The notes under the pieces are model-generated. The model ran no database searches. It had not been told where the DNA came from and worked only from the letters and a program-made list of their open reading frames with translations. Shown in pieces: positions 7,099-13,619 of a stretch of 26,433 nt of DNA; positions within the stretch are counted from its first letter, which is position 1, and each line of letters starts with the position of its first letter. A program made the translations under genes and the position numbers. The stretch is taken from IMG/VR virus record IMGVR_UViG_3300025513_000049, positions 1-26,433 of that record; one strand, 5' to 3'. The stretch is from a virus. Taxonomy: Duplodnaviria > Caudoviricetes.

Positions 7099-7362
7099 TC
7101 ACTCTCCATTCATTACGTGTGTCATTGACCCGGGATTCTCAAACTTTTCTTCCAGTATTTCCTCAACGTGTAAACGGATCTCGTAATCCGTAGGATACTC
7201 GTCGTAAGTAAACTCGTGGTCAATAATAGTTTCCTCACTGTTGTATGCGTGAACAGTATACGTGTCATCCGTCCACTCATGCACACAAATATCGTAACCT
7301 TCGATCTTGTCACGCTTCTGTTTCTGTATCAACCAAACAGGTTTCGGTTCAGTCATCATCAT
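7099..7362 (-). CDS. Acidic hypothetical protein
   Basis: SD AAGGAG followed by five tandem ATG codons (7354-7368); exact start ambiguous. Confidence 0.75.
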   Translation of the reverse strand: MMMTEPKPVWLIQKQKRDKIEGYDICVHEWTDDTYTVHAYNSEETIIDHEFTYDEYPTDYEIRLHVEEILEEKFENPGSMTHVMNGE

Positions 7363-7477
7363 CATCATCTCCTTTTCCCATCTTGACTGTTGGTATATCC
7401 AAACAGTCACACTCCACCACACATTCACACTTGTCAAACAACCTGTCGCAGCAGTAATGCCAACCACAGTTAGTCAT
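7349..7477 (-). CDS. 42-aa Cys-rich microprotein
   Basis: MTNCGWHYCCDRLFDKCECVVECDCLDIPTVKMGKGDDDDD*; overlaps both neighbours. Confidence 0.6.
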   Translation of the reverse strand: MTNCGWHYCCDRLFDKCECVVECDCLDIPTVKMGKGDDDDDD

Positions 7478-7721
7478 CATCGTCACCATCAATCGGTGTA
7501 GGCAACGTGATAAGGCTACCACACAAAGCACACACCCCGTCAAGTAAATACCACGCAACCTCACGGTCATCATCAAACTTTAAGCACGCAATAAACGTGT
7601 CACACCCGCAAGGGCACACGCACGTCGGTATACCACGGTAATCCGTGCCCTCACCTCGCATGATACCATCAAAAACTGTTACAAGTAAAGGGTTTTTTCT
7701 CTTAACTTTTCTACCAAACAT
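7470..7721 (-). CDS. Zinc-ribbon protein
   Basis: DYRGIPTCVCPCGC...LDGVCALCGSLITLPTP; TAATG overlap at the start. Confidence 0.8.
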   Translation of the reverse strand: MFGRKVKRKNPLLVTVFDGIMRGEGTDYRGIPTCVCPCGCDTFIACLKFDDDREVAWYLLDGVCALCGSLITLPTPIDGDDDD

Positions 7722-8218
7722 TATGAACAACCCCTAACCTTGTATGATGTTTGCGCCCAATGCGAACGACCAGCACCATGATTCCACACTAACCAGAACG
7801 CCATATCCTGCCAGTACATTGACCAATCATTAACCTTACTAGCCCGCAACGTTCGACCAATCTTGATAGCCGAATCTTTAGGTAAAGTTAAGCGTAACTC
7901 ACGCTGTATCATCCAACCAGCACCAACACCCATCTTTTTTGACAGTTGATACGCGCCACGATACTTACCCGTGCCATTGTTAGCGCCGTAAGCATGACGC
8001 GACTCATGCCAACGGATACAACGACGCAACGCCTCCGTCCTCGCAACAAAAAACCTTCCAGTGTACAGGCTTGCACCGTGATACTTTTTTTGTCCACGAT
8101 CCAACACTTTAATGTTCACCTTGTCACCGTAAGGACGGTGGTACACGCCTTCACCCGCCACCGACACACCAGCGGGTGTGAGTGCAAGGCTAGTGGCCAG
8201 TATTATTTCCTTAATCAT
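7721..8218 (-). CDS. Secreted lysozyme-fold transglycosylase-like (Rpf/SLT-like) protein
   Basis: Signal-peptide-like MIKEIILATSLALTPAG; CIRWHES catalytic Glu motif, N-x5-RGAYQL, QD and C-terminal HW. Confidence 0.75.
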   Translation of the reverse strand: MIKEIILATSLALTPAGVSVAGEGVYHRPYGDKVNIKVLDRGQKKYHGASLYTGRFFVARTEALRRCIRWHESRHAYGANNGTGKYRGAYQLSKKMGVGAGWMIQRELRLTLPKDSAIKIGRTLRASKVNDWSMYWQDMAFWLVWNHGAGRSHWAQTSYKVRGCS

Positions 8219-8507
8219 CTTGCACCCCGATCAGTTTCGTTATCAGTATCCGTGACCTGTCAGGCCCCGGTTCCGGTATGTTCCTAGACAAAGCATTCTC
8301 AGCCTGCTTCACAGTCCAGTACGGACCCCACGTAAACAAACCGAGACTACATTGTTGAACAACAACATAAGTTTCCCTCGCAAACACTATGTCGGCGGCA
8401 GATACTAGGACGCTACGCGACAGTGACTCCACGTCATCATGTTCAGTGTCCAGCAAAGCAGTAACCTGCCGTATCTCCCCGATCCTAGGCAGGAATACGC
8501 TAGACAT
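8211..8507 (-). CDS. Hypothetical protein
   Basis: 98-aa ORF with 8-nt overlaps on both sides. Confidence 0.75.
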   Translation of the reverse strand: MSSVFLPRIGEIRQVTALLDTEHDDVESLSRSVLVSAADIVFARETYVVVQQCSLGLFTWGPYWTVKQAENALSRNIPEPGPDRSRILITKLIGVQDD

Positions 8508-8781
8508 TACTTAACCCAGAGTCAGGTTCCGTGTACCTTATGCCACGTTCGATTCTTATATTAACCATTTCGCGTGGACTCATGCCACCCCAGAAACCGT
8601 ATTCTTCGTGATGTAAAGCCCATTCACCGCAATCTTTCACGACAGGGCACTCGCCACATATGACCCTTAGCGTGGGATTCATTACCCTACTAACTCCGGG
8701 CCCAACGAAGTACGCCTCGCCACCAATACTCCGGCACGTTCCACTTAACCAGTCGATGCTCGTGTATTCTTTACATGCCAC
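8500..8781 (-). CDS. whiB: WhiB-family Fe-S transcription factor
   Basis: W-x3-C...ICGECPVVKDC-x-EWAL...GFWGGMSPRE: four conserved Cys plus the G(I/F)WGG turn. Confidence 0.92.
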   Translation of the reverse strand: MACKEYTSIDWLSGTCRSIGGEAYFVGPGVSRVMNPTLRVICGECPVVKDCGEWALHHEEYGFWGGMSPREMVNIRIERGIRYTEPDSGLSNV

Positions 8782-8938
8782 GGTACACACCGTCCTTCGT
8801 GTAGTTAGTCCACTTAATTATGGCGCAGTCTTGAGTGCAGTAATGCTCACCGTCGTAGGTAACCCAATGGAATGGTACTGTTGGACTGTTCACTACACGA
8901 TCACAGTAGTCGCAACCCACTGTCTCTTTGATACTCAT
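8771..8938 (-). CDS. 55-aa TRASH/YHS-like Cys microprotein
   Basis: MSIKETVGCDYCDRVV...YDGEHYCTQDCAII...; SD AAGGTG. Confidence 0.7.
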   Translation of the reverse strand: MSIKETVGCDYCDRVVNSPTVPFHWVTYDGEHYCTQDCAIIKWTNYTKDGVYRGM

Positions 8939-8939
8939 G

Positions 8940-9131
8940 TCACTTCACCTTTTCTTGTAGTTTTTCTATACTACTATCATCATAACCCAACATGTCTACG
9001 GCTAGCACCGCATAATCCAGCATGGCCGGGTCCGAGTATGGTTGCGGCCTAGGCTTGAACCCTTTGAACTCGCAGAAACGCTCATACAGTACACGTCCCA
9101 TCAAGTATTGTACCTTTAGTTCGTCATCCAT
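8940..9131 (-). CDS. Hypothetical protein (MDDELKVQYLM...)
   Basis: SD GAGGA; overlaps the upstream stop. Confidence 0.75.
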   Translation of the reverse strand: MDDELKVQYLMGRVLYERFCEFKGFKPRPQPYSDPAMLDYAVLAVDMLGYDDSSIEKLQEKVK

Positions 9132-9243
9132 TACTGTCCTCATCTTTCCACGGGCATTCTGCCGCTAGTCGTGCCGCTAGACGCGGCTTGAACACCGCTT
9201 CGCGTCGGCATAATTCCTCAATCCAATCACATGTAGCACACAT
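9124..9243 (-). CDS. 39-aa CxxC microprotein
   Basis: MCATCDWIEELCRREAVFKPRLAARLAAECPWKDEDSNG*; SD AAGGAAGG; TGATG overlap. Confidence 0.6.
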   Translation of the reverse strand: MCATCDWIEELCRREAVFKPRLAARLAAECPWKDEDSNG

Positions 9244-9416
9244 CACATTCCTTCCTTTTCATAATCGTACACTTCACCATCAAGATAATCGTAATAGTGA
9301 TCTTCCGTAAACATGCAGTAGAACATGGATATTAGTACACCGATGCCGACTAACACAACGAGTACTAGGCCAGTACGCACACCAATGTCTAGTGTTGCCC
9401 AAAGAATATCAGACAT
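9243..9416 (-). CDS. 57-aa single-pass membrane protein
   Basis: MSDILWATLDIGVRTGLVLVVLVGIGVLISMFYCMF followed by an acidic tail; SD GAGGA. Confidence 0.7.
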   Translation of the reverse strand: MSDILWATLDIGVRTGLVLVVLVGIGVLISMFYCMFTEDHYYDYLDGEVYDYEKEGM

Positions 9417-9585
9417 GAAAATTCATCCTCACTTTCATAACCCTGAACTCTACCCATTCTTGTTCGGCACGGTAATACGCCAGCATTTTCTTAGACTCCG
9501 CTACCGTGTCGGTTACGGATACGGATTCCCAACCGTAACCGTCACCGTGCCAGCCTTGAATTTCGTAACCGTATAGTTCACTCAT
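9409..9585 (-). CDS. Hypothetical early protein (YEIQG-x2-G-x-GWE type)
   Basis: ORF with upstream AAGGATAGGTGAG; alternative GTG start at 9594. Confidence 0.8.
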   Translation of the reverse strand: MSELYGYEIQGWHGDGYGWESVSVTDTVAESKKMLAYYRAEQEWVEFRVMKVRMNFHV

Positions 9586-9623
9586 CTCACTCACCTATCC
9601 TTATCTGTTTAGTTAGCACACTA

Positions 9624-9689
9624 CTTTAGTGTCCTACCAAGAGCCACCATGCCGACAATAACATGGTGACCCAAGGTAATGCACTAAAG
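9624..9689 (-). other. Intergenic hairpin A (66 nt)
   Basis: Minus strand CTTTAGTG-CAT-TACC-TT-GGGTCACCATG-loop10-CATGGTGGCTC-TT-GGTA-GGA-CACTAAAG. Confidence 0.85.
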
Positions 9690-9690
9690 A

Positions 9691-10500
9691 CTAGCCTGTG
9701 ATTCGCACTGGCATCAGTAAGTAATCCCACTTGACGCCGTTATGTGCCTCCACATAGTCAAGCATGGCCGGTTTAAGGTTAGTGGTGAATCTAAATCTTA
9801 TGGGTGCATCCTTCCAATGAGGGATCTTCGCGACATCCGCAAGATATGTCGGATTGTAGGACGCGAACGTAACGCTACCCTGCGACAGCATCTCATCCGT
9901 TGGCACTAACGACCGCCATTTTGGGAATTCACCGTCGATAGTTCGCACCGGGCGCACAATACGCTCACTAGGGTCACCGTATTCAATGGTTACCGTGTCA
10001 CGACCGACGAGTGTGACCGTAATCATGTCATGCTCACTATTATTCCACGCTATTTTTTTAGGCAACACTTTGACTAGTTCGGCGGCCACCGTGCGAGGCA
10101 ACAAGAATCCGCCCTCACCTACCGTAACCGCGTACGATTCTTTCCGTGTCACACCTACCACCATACGGTAACGGTCGGTAGTAATCACAGTGATCTCGTT
10201 ATTGGACCATTCAAACTTTATCCCCGTGAGTACGGGTAGCGTGTCATCTTTGCCTACGGCCACTAGCGCGCCGATAAGCATGTCGCGAAACGAAACACCT
10301 AACATAGTAAATGTTGGCGCGGTAACGACATTTTCCGGGGTGAATCCCACACTATTATCGACCGCATGCATCTTAGTGCTACCGTCGCGTGAATATTCCG
10401 GCGACAAATCCCCGGAACCTAACGGTGCACCTACCGGGATAATCTCCACTTTAGACATGATCCCACTAGACACGATGTCATTCTTGAATCCTGTATACAT
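9691..10500 (-). CDS. Truncated DNA polymerase III beta-clamp (DnaN)-like protein
   Basis: DDTLPVLTGI, TTDRYRM, GEFPKWRSLVP, YNPTYLADV and C-terminal YLLMPVRI match DnaN domains II/III; domain I is absent. Confidence 0.85.
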   Translation of the reverse strand: MYTGFKNDIVSSGIMSKVEIIPVGAPLGSGDLSPEYSRDGSTKMHAVDNSVGFTPENVVTAPTFTMLGVSFRDMLIGALVAVGKDDTLPVLTGIKFEWSNNEITVITTDRYRMVVGVTRKESYAVTVGEGGFLLPRTVAAELVKVLPKKIAWNNSEHDMITVTLVGRDTVTIEYGDPSERIVRPVRTIDGEFPKWRSLVPTDEMLSQGSVTFASYNPTYLADVAKIPHWKDAPIRFRFTTNLKPAMLDYVEAHNGVKWDYLLMPVRITG

Positions 10501-10530
10501 AATCTAATCCTATCTATTCTGTTATGACGA

Positions 10531-10594
10531 TAATCTATCGCCATGAAACGACACTAGCATACCTTGCCTAGTGTCGCAACATGAAACTAGATTA
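10531..10594 (-). other. Intergenic hairpin B (64 nt)
   Basis: Minus strand TAATCTA-GTTT-CATG-TT-GCGACACTAG-loop10-CTAGTGTCGT-TT-CATG-GCGA-TAGATTA. Confidence 0.88.
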
Positions 10595-10600
10595 AATCAC

Positions 10601-10816
10601 CTACTTCCCGGAATAAAGGCAATCGTAATACGTTGGCGTCACAGTATCTAACCACGTCGTAAAATCTAATTGCCTATTGCCCCCCAACTTATACGTTGCC
10701 AGCATATCGAAGTCGGTATGTAACTCCACGGTGTCACTACCGATAATCCACGTCCACCATTGCCCGATACGGTTAGCGCGTTGCGCGGTCATGATACCGT
10801 CGCGTGAATAAATCAT
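10601..10816 (-). CDS. Hypothetical early protein
   Basis: 71-aa ORF preceded by AGAATAGGAAGG. Confidence 0.8.
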   Translation of the reverse strand: MIYSRDGIMTAQRANRIGQWWTWIIGSDTVELHTDFDMLATYKLGGNRQLDFTTWLDTVTPTYYDCLYSGK

Positions 10817-10929
10817 TTTGTTACCTTCCTATTCTTAATCCATACGATATGGCACTGGCAATAATCCCATACCATGTCGCATTGCTCACAAGTAATTCCA
10901 TTAGTCGAACGATACTCTGTGCGTTTCAT
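10813..10929 (-). CDS. 38-aa Cys microprotein
   Basis: MKRTEYRSTNGITCEQCDMVWDYCQCHIVWIKNRKVTK*; ATGA overlaps on both ends; SD AAGGTG. Confidence 0.7.
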   Translation of the reverse strand: MKRTEYRSTNGITCEQCDMVWDYCQCHIVWIKNRKVTK

Positions 10930-11159
10930 GTTGTCACCTTGCCCAATTCGGCACTGACCACCGGGTAAGTAGGACGACCGTAGTCATGCAAAGTCATTAC
11001 AGACTTGTCAGACTTACAACCGAAACAATACACTCCCGAAAGATAAGTGTTACAACTAGCGCACACTATAACCAACTTAGGATCAAACTTGTCTTTCGAA
11101 GTATTGTGCCAACATCCTGTGCTGTTGTACCCTGAAAACTCGCAATAAATACATTCCAT
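10926..11159 (-). CDS. Cys-rich zinc-finger-like early protein
   Basis: CIYC...CWH...CASC...CFGC; alternative GTG start at 11171. Confidence 0.75.
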   Translation of the reverse strand: MECIYCEFSGYNSTGCWHNTSKDKFDPKLVIVCASCNTYLSGVYCFGCKSDKSVMTLHDYGRPTYPVVSAELGKVTT

Positions 11160-11193
11160 GATCTTTCCCACTTTCCTATCCTCACCTAACCAA

Positions 11194-11249
11194 TTTGATT
11201 AAGTAGCAAGCCCTAGCGCCTAAGCACTAGAGCAAACTAACTATTCAAA
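11194..11249 (-). other. Intergenic hairpin C (~56 nt)
   Basis: Core 11204-11239, minus strand TAGT-TT-GCTCTAGTGC-TTAG-GCGCTAGGGC-TT-GCTA, with G-U pairs on the minus strand. Confidence 0.8.
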
Positions 11250-11511
11250 CTCTCACCTGATGAATAACGTCCACCGTGAAGCGATCACCGCCTAGGTGGG
11301 AATGGCAACCGTCGCACATTGACCAACTAAAGTTAGGCTCACCTTTGTCACTACTAATATCCGTGTAACTATCCACGCGCAAAAGATAGGACATGAATTG
11401 GTAACCCAACTCGTTAGTGTCTTCTTTACCTTCGAATACCCCGTGGCCTGTCATGTAGCAATCCACGCAAATATCTGCACTGTAAATAATTAGTTCTGGT
11501 GTCGCACTCAT
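11245..11511 (-). CDS. Early protein with two CxxC motifs
   Basis: ICVDC...FSWSMCDGCHSHLGGDRF; preceded by AGAATAGGAAGG. Confidence 0.85.
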   Translation of the reverse strand: MSATPELIIYSADICVDCYMTGHGVFEGKEDTNELGYQFMSYLLRVDSYTDISSDKGEPNFSWSMCDGCHSHLGGDRFTVDVIHQVRV

Positions 11512-11529
11512 GTCCTTGCCTTCCTATTC

Positions 11530-11598
11530 TTGTCCTATTGTTAGGACATAGCCGAACCTAGGTTCCCCTAGGTCAGACTATGAAACAACACTAGACAA
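11530..11598 (-). other. Intergenic hairpin D (69 nt, GNRA loop)
   Basis: Minus strand TTGTC..TGTT-GTTT-CATAGTC-T-GACCTAGG-GGAA-CCTAGGTT-C-GGCTATG-TCCT-AACA..GACAA. Confidence 0.85.
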
Positions 11599-11600
11599 CC

Positions 11601-11915
11601 TTACATGCACTCCCCAACAAACTCTAGTACCGACTCCACGGCGAACGGCGCATAAACATATACTTCAGCCTTATCTCCCCCCCAATTAACTTCCACACTC
11701 GCGCCACTATCCTGGAAAGTAACCCAACAATTAGGACCACCTAAAGTAACCGCTACTTCGACACTCACCAGAGTGTTGCCGTAGCCATAAGTGCAACGCG
11801 TATCTAAACAATCATCCAAATATGCCATAGCGTCGAATACCTTACCGTTGGCAACAATCTCACGCAAATCGTCCGCAATACTATCGGCGTATTCTTGACT
11901 CAAATTATCAGACAT
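11601..11915 (-). CDS. Acidic early protein (TLGGPN...NWG motif)
   Basis: 104-aa ORF preceded by AGAATAGGAAAGG. Confidence 0.85.
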   Translation of the reverse strand: MSDNLSQEYADSIADDLREIVANGKVFDAMAYLDDCLDTRCTYGYGNTLVSVEVAVTLGGPNCWVTFQDSGASVEVNWGGDKAEVYVYAPFAVESVLEFVGECM

Positions 11916-11946
11916 GACTAACCTTTCCTATTCTGTCGTAACGTAT

Positions 11947-12011
11947 CCGCTTTGGATACTACACAATACACTGACTCACTCGCCTAGTGTACCGTGTGCT
12001 ATTGAAAGCGG
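11947..12011 (-). other. Intergenic hairpin E (65 nt)
   Basis: Minus strand CCGCTTT-CAATAGC-ACACGGTACACT-loop-AGTGTATTGTGT-AGTATCC-AAAGCGG. Confidence 0.8.
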
Positions 12012-12047
12012 GCCAAGATGTCGTGCCTCACTCATGCGTTCATTGTT

Positions 12048-12197
12048 TCACTCTTCCACTAATAGTTGTCGGAATAAAGCCTTAGCCTCTTCTAAAGTGT
12101 AGTCAATGTATCGCTGTCGCACCAGATAACCTAAGTCATCCAAGGCTGATAGTGTGAATCCGTCCACGCCATATTGCTCTACGGTAATGTTATTCAT
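12048..12197 (-). CDS. 49-aa early protein
   Basis: MNNITVEQYGVDGFTLSALDDLGYLVRQRYIDYTLEEAKALFRQLLVEE*; SD AAGGA. Confidence 0.8.
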   Translation of the reverse strand: MNNITVEQYGVDGFTLSALDDLGYLVRQRYIDYTLEEAKALFRQLLVEE

Positions 12198-12206
12198 GTC
12201 TAATCC

Positions 12207-12497
12207 TTAATTGTAGGCAGGCCGGTTAGCCTGATCAAAAGTAGAATATGTCACCTTGACATACGGCCTAGGCACATAGTCGTCGTCGTTCACAATAGGT
12301 TCGACTAGGTTCGTCGAAACATTAACCCGTTCGCGTGTTGTCCTACGTCGTGGCTTTTTGCCATAGGCAGGATAGTAACCCGTTGGTGACGAACTACTAC
12401 GCAAGCCATACACACTAGGGTTAGGTCTTGCACTCACCCTAGCCAGATTTAATGGCGTACCACTTCCGAACAACGACGCGCTATTGGCGCGTGACAT
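12207..12497 (-). CDS. First early gene, basic and probably disordered protein (MSRANSASLFGSG...)
   Basis: ATG at 12497 behind AGACTAGGAAAGG...GGTGG; contains KKPRRR. Confidence 0.7.
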   Translation of the reverse strand: MSRANSASLFGSGTPLNLARVSARPNPSVYGLRSSSSPTGYYPAYGKKPRRRTTRERVNVSTNLVEPIVNDDDYVPRPYVKVTYSTFDQANRPAYN

Positions 12498-12552
12498 GAA
12501 TACCACCAAGCCTTTCCTAGTCTGAGATACTTGCGTATCTTCCAATAAATCA

Positions 12553-12581
12553 ACCTTACTACTTTTGGTTCATGTAGTCAA
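12553..12581 (-). promoter_or_regulatory. SigA-type early promoter P1
   Basis: TTGACT (12581-12576), 17 nt spacer, TAAGGT (12558-12553), pointing into the leftward operon. Confidence 0.75.
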
Positions 12582-12678
12582 GTACCTAGCGGAAAGAATT
12601 TTGGGAGAGGATCACCGGCGACCGGCTTCTTGATCCACGCTCCCCGAACTTTCCGGTTGCTACTTGCTTACAGGGATT

Positions 12679-12706
12679 ACATTACTCCGATCTCAGGAAA
12701 GCACAA
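12679..12706 (-). promoter_or_regulatory. Second candidate SigA-type early promoter P2
   Basis: TTGTGC, 16 nt spacer, TAATGT; weaker -35 match. Confidence 0.5.
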
Positions 12707-12727
12707 GGGGCAAAACGGACATTCACA

Positions 12728-12743
12728 TGTGATCTACGTCACA
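12728..12743. promoter_or_regulatory. CRP/GlxR-type binding site
   Basis: TGTGA-TCTACG-TCACA matches the TGTGA-N6-TCACA consensus exactly. Confidence 0.7.
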
Positions 12744-13000
12744 CTCATTGTCCGATATGCGGAACTTTCGACCCCCGACCCAATACATGCCCGTCAATCC
12801 TAGGCCCTCAGAATGGACGACAGAGCCACGTCCGATAACCGGAGTCCTGGCCTACACATAACGGACACACACAACAACAACGCACCACCCGCAAGGTAGT
12901 TGCATCTGCATTGGTTTGGTTATTGCAAGTTGTTTGCAGGTGCGAACGGTTTGCAGGTGTATGTAGTGTGGGTTCAGGCCGGTTAGGTTAGGCTTACCTT

Positions 13001-13047
13001 ACGGGGTACCCCGTCGGTTGGCCTATACCCCCTGGGGGTATACCCCC
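13001..13047. repeat. Clustered perfect palindromes
   Basis: ACGGGGTACCCCGT (13001-13014), TATACCCCC-T-GGGGGTATA (13024-13042), GGGGGTATACCCCC (13034-13047). Confidence 0.85.
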
Positions 13048-13056
13048 GTACCGTGG

Positions 13057-13116
13057 TTACCCACCAGTAACTTACGGTAGCGTAGGTTACGGTAGCGTAG
13101 GTTACCCATCAGTAAC
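13057..13116. repeat. Four tandem 15-bp units, TTAC-N6-GTA(A/G)-(C/G)
   Basis: TTACCCACCAGTAAC / TTACGGTAGCGTAGG / TTACGGTAGCGTAGG / TTACCCATCAGTAAC. Confidence 0.9.
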
Positions 13117-13619
13117 TTGACCCCATGGATGCTTAGGTGGCCGCGGAGGGTAGTATATATATAGGGGTACCTTTCTTGCGGGTTATATTGTTTGGGGGCT
13201 ACCGTATTGTCCGGTTTGTACACATAGTTTACAACAATGTTGTAACAATTTACTGTTTTCTTGTTTTTTGTGTCCAAAAGGGTGTCCGAAACGAGGATAT
13301 ATATATAGAAAGTAAAACCGTACGGTACTGTAAGCGAGTGCTTCTTGCACGAGCGCACATCGCTTCGGTTTACGTTGAAGGCACTACGAAGTAGGTGCCG
13401 GTAACTCACCCTTCGTTGCTTCGCCTCAGGGTTCGTTTAACGGTTACTGTTTCTTGGGGCACTTCGCTCAGTCGTCGCTTCGCTCCTCCTTCGCTCAGTA
13501 GTTTCAACGCCGATGCTAATAATTGTACGCCAATGGGGGTACCCTCTCCTACACCCCTGTTAACACCCTAGTCAACATTGCTGTGTACACAATTTTTTTT
13601 TAACGGAAAGGTTGTCTCC

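Noticed and set aside
9160-9180. Tandem TGCCGCTAG repeat
   Set aside because: Simply encodes LAARLAA in a small ORF; too short to be informative.
10845-10879. Possible sixth intergenic hairpin (CGATATGG/CCATGTCG)
   Set aside because: Lies inside the 38-aa ORF 10813-10929, has a large loop, and its wobble pair works only on the non-coding strand.
9624-12011. Canonical integron attC sites or Rho-independent terminators
   Set aside because: No consistent RYYYAAC/GTTRRRY boxes and no integrase in the window; no U-tracts follow the stems and downstream genes lack obvious promoters of their own.
13057-13116. CRISPR mini-array
   Set aside because: Units are 15 bp with no unique spacers, and there are no cas genes.
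13023-13409. ORFs 13023-13409 (-) and 13137-13394 (+) as genes, for example terS
   Set aside because: They translate repeats and TA runs (NLRYRNLRYR, IYI), lack clear SD motifs and show no recognisable domain.
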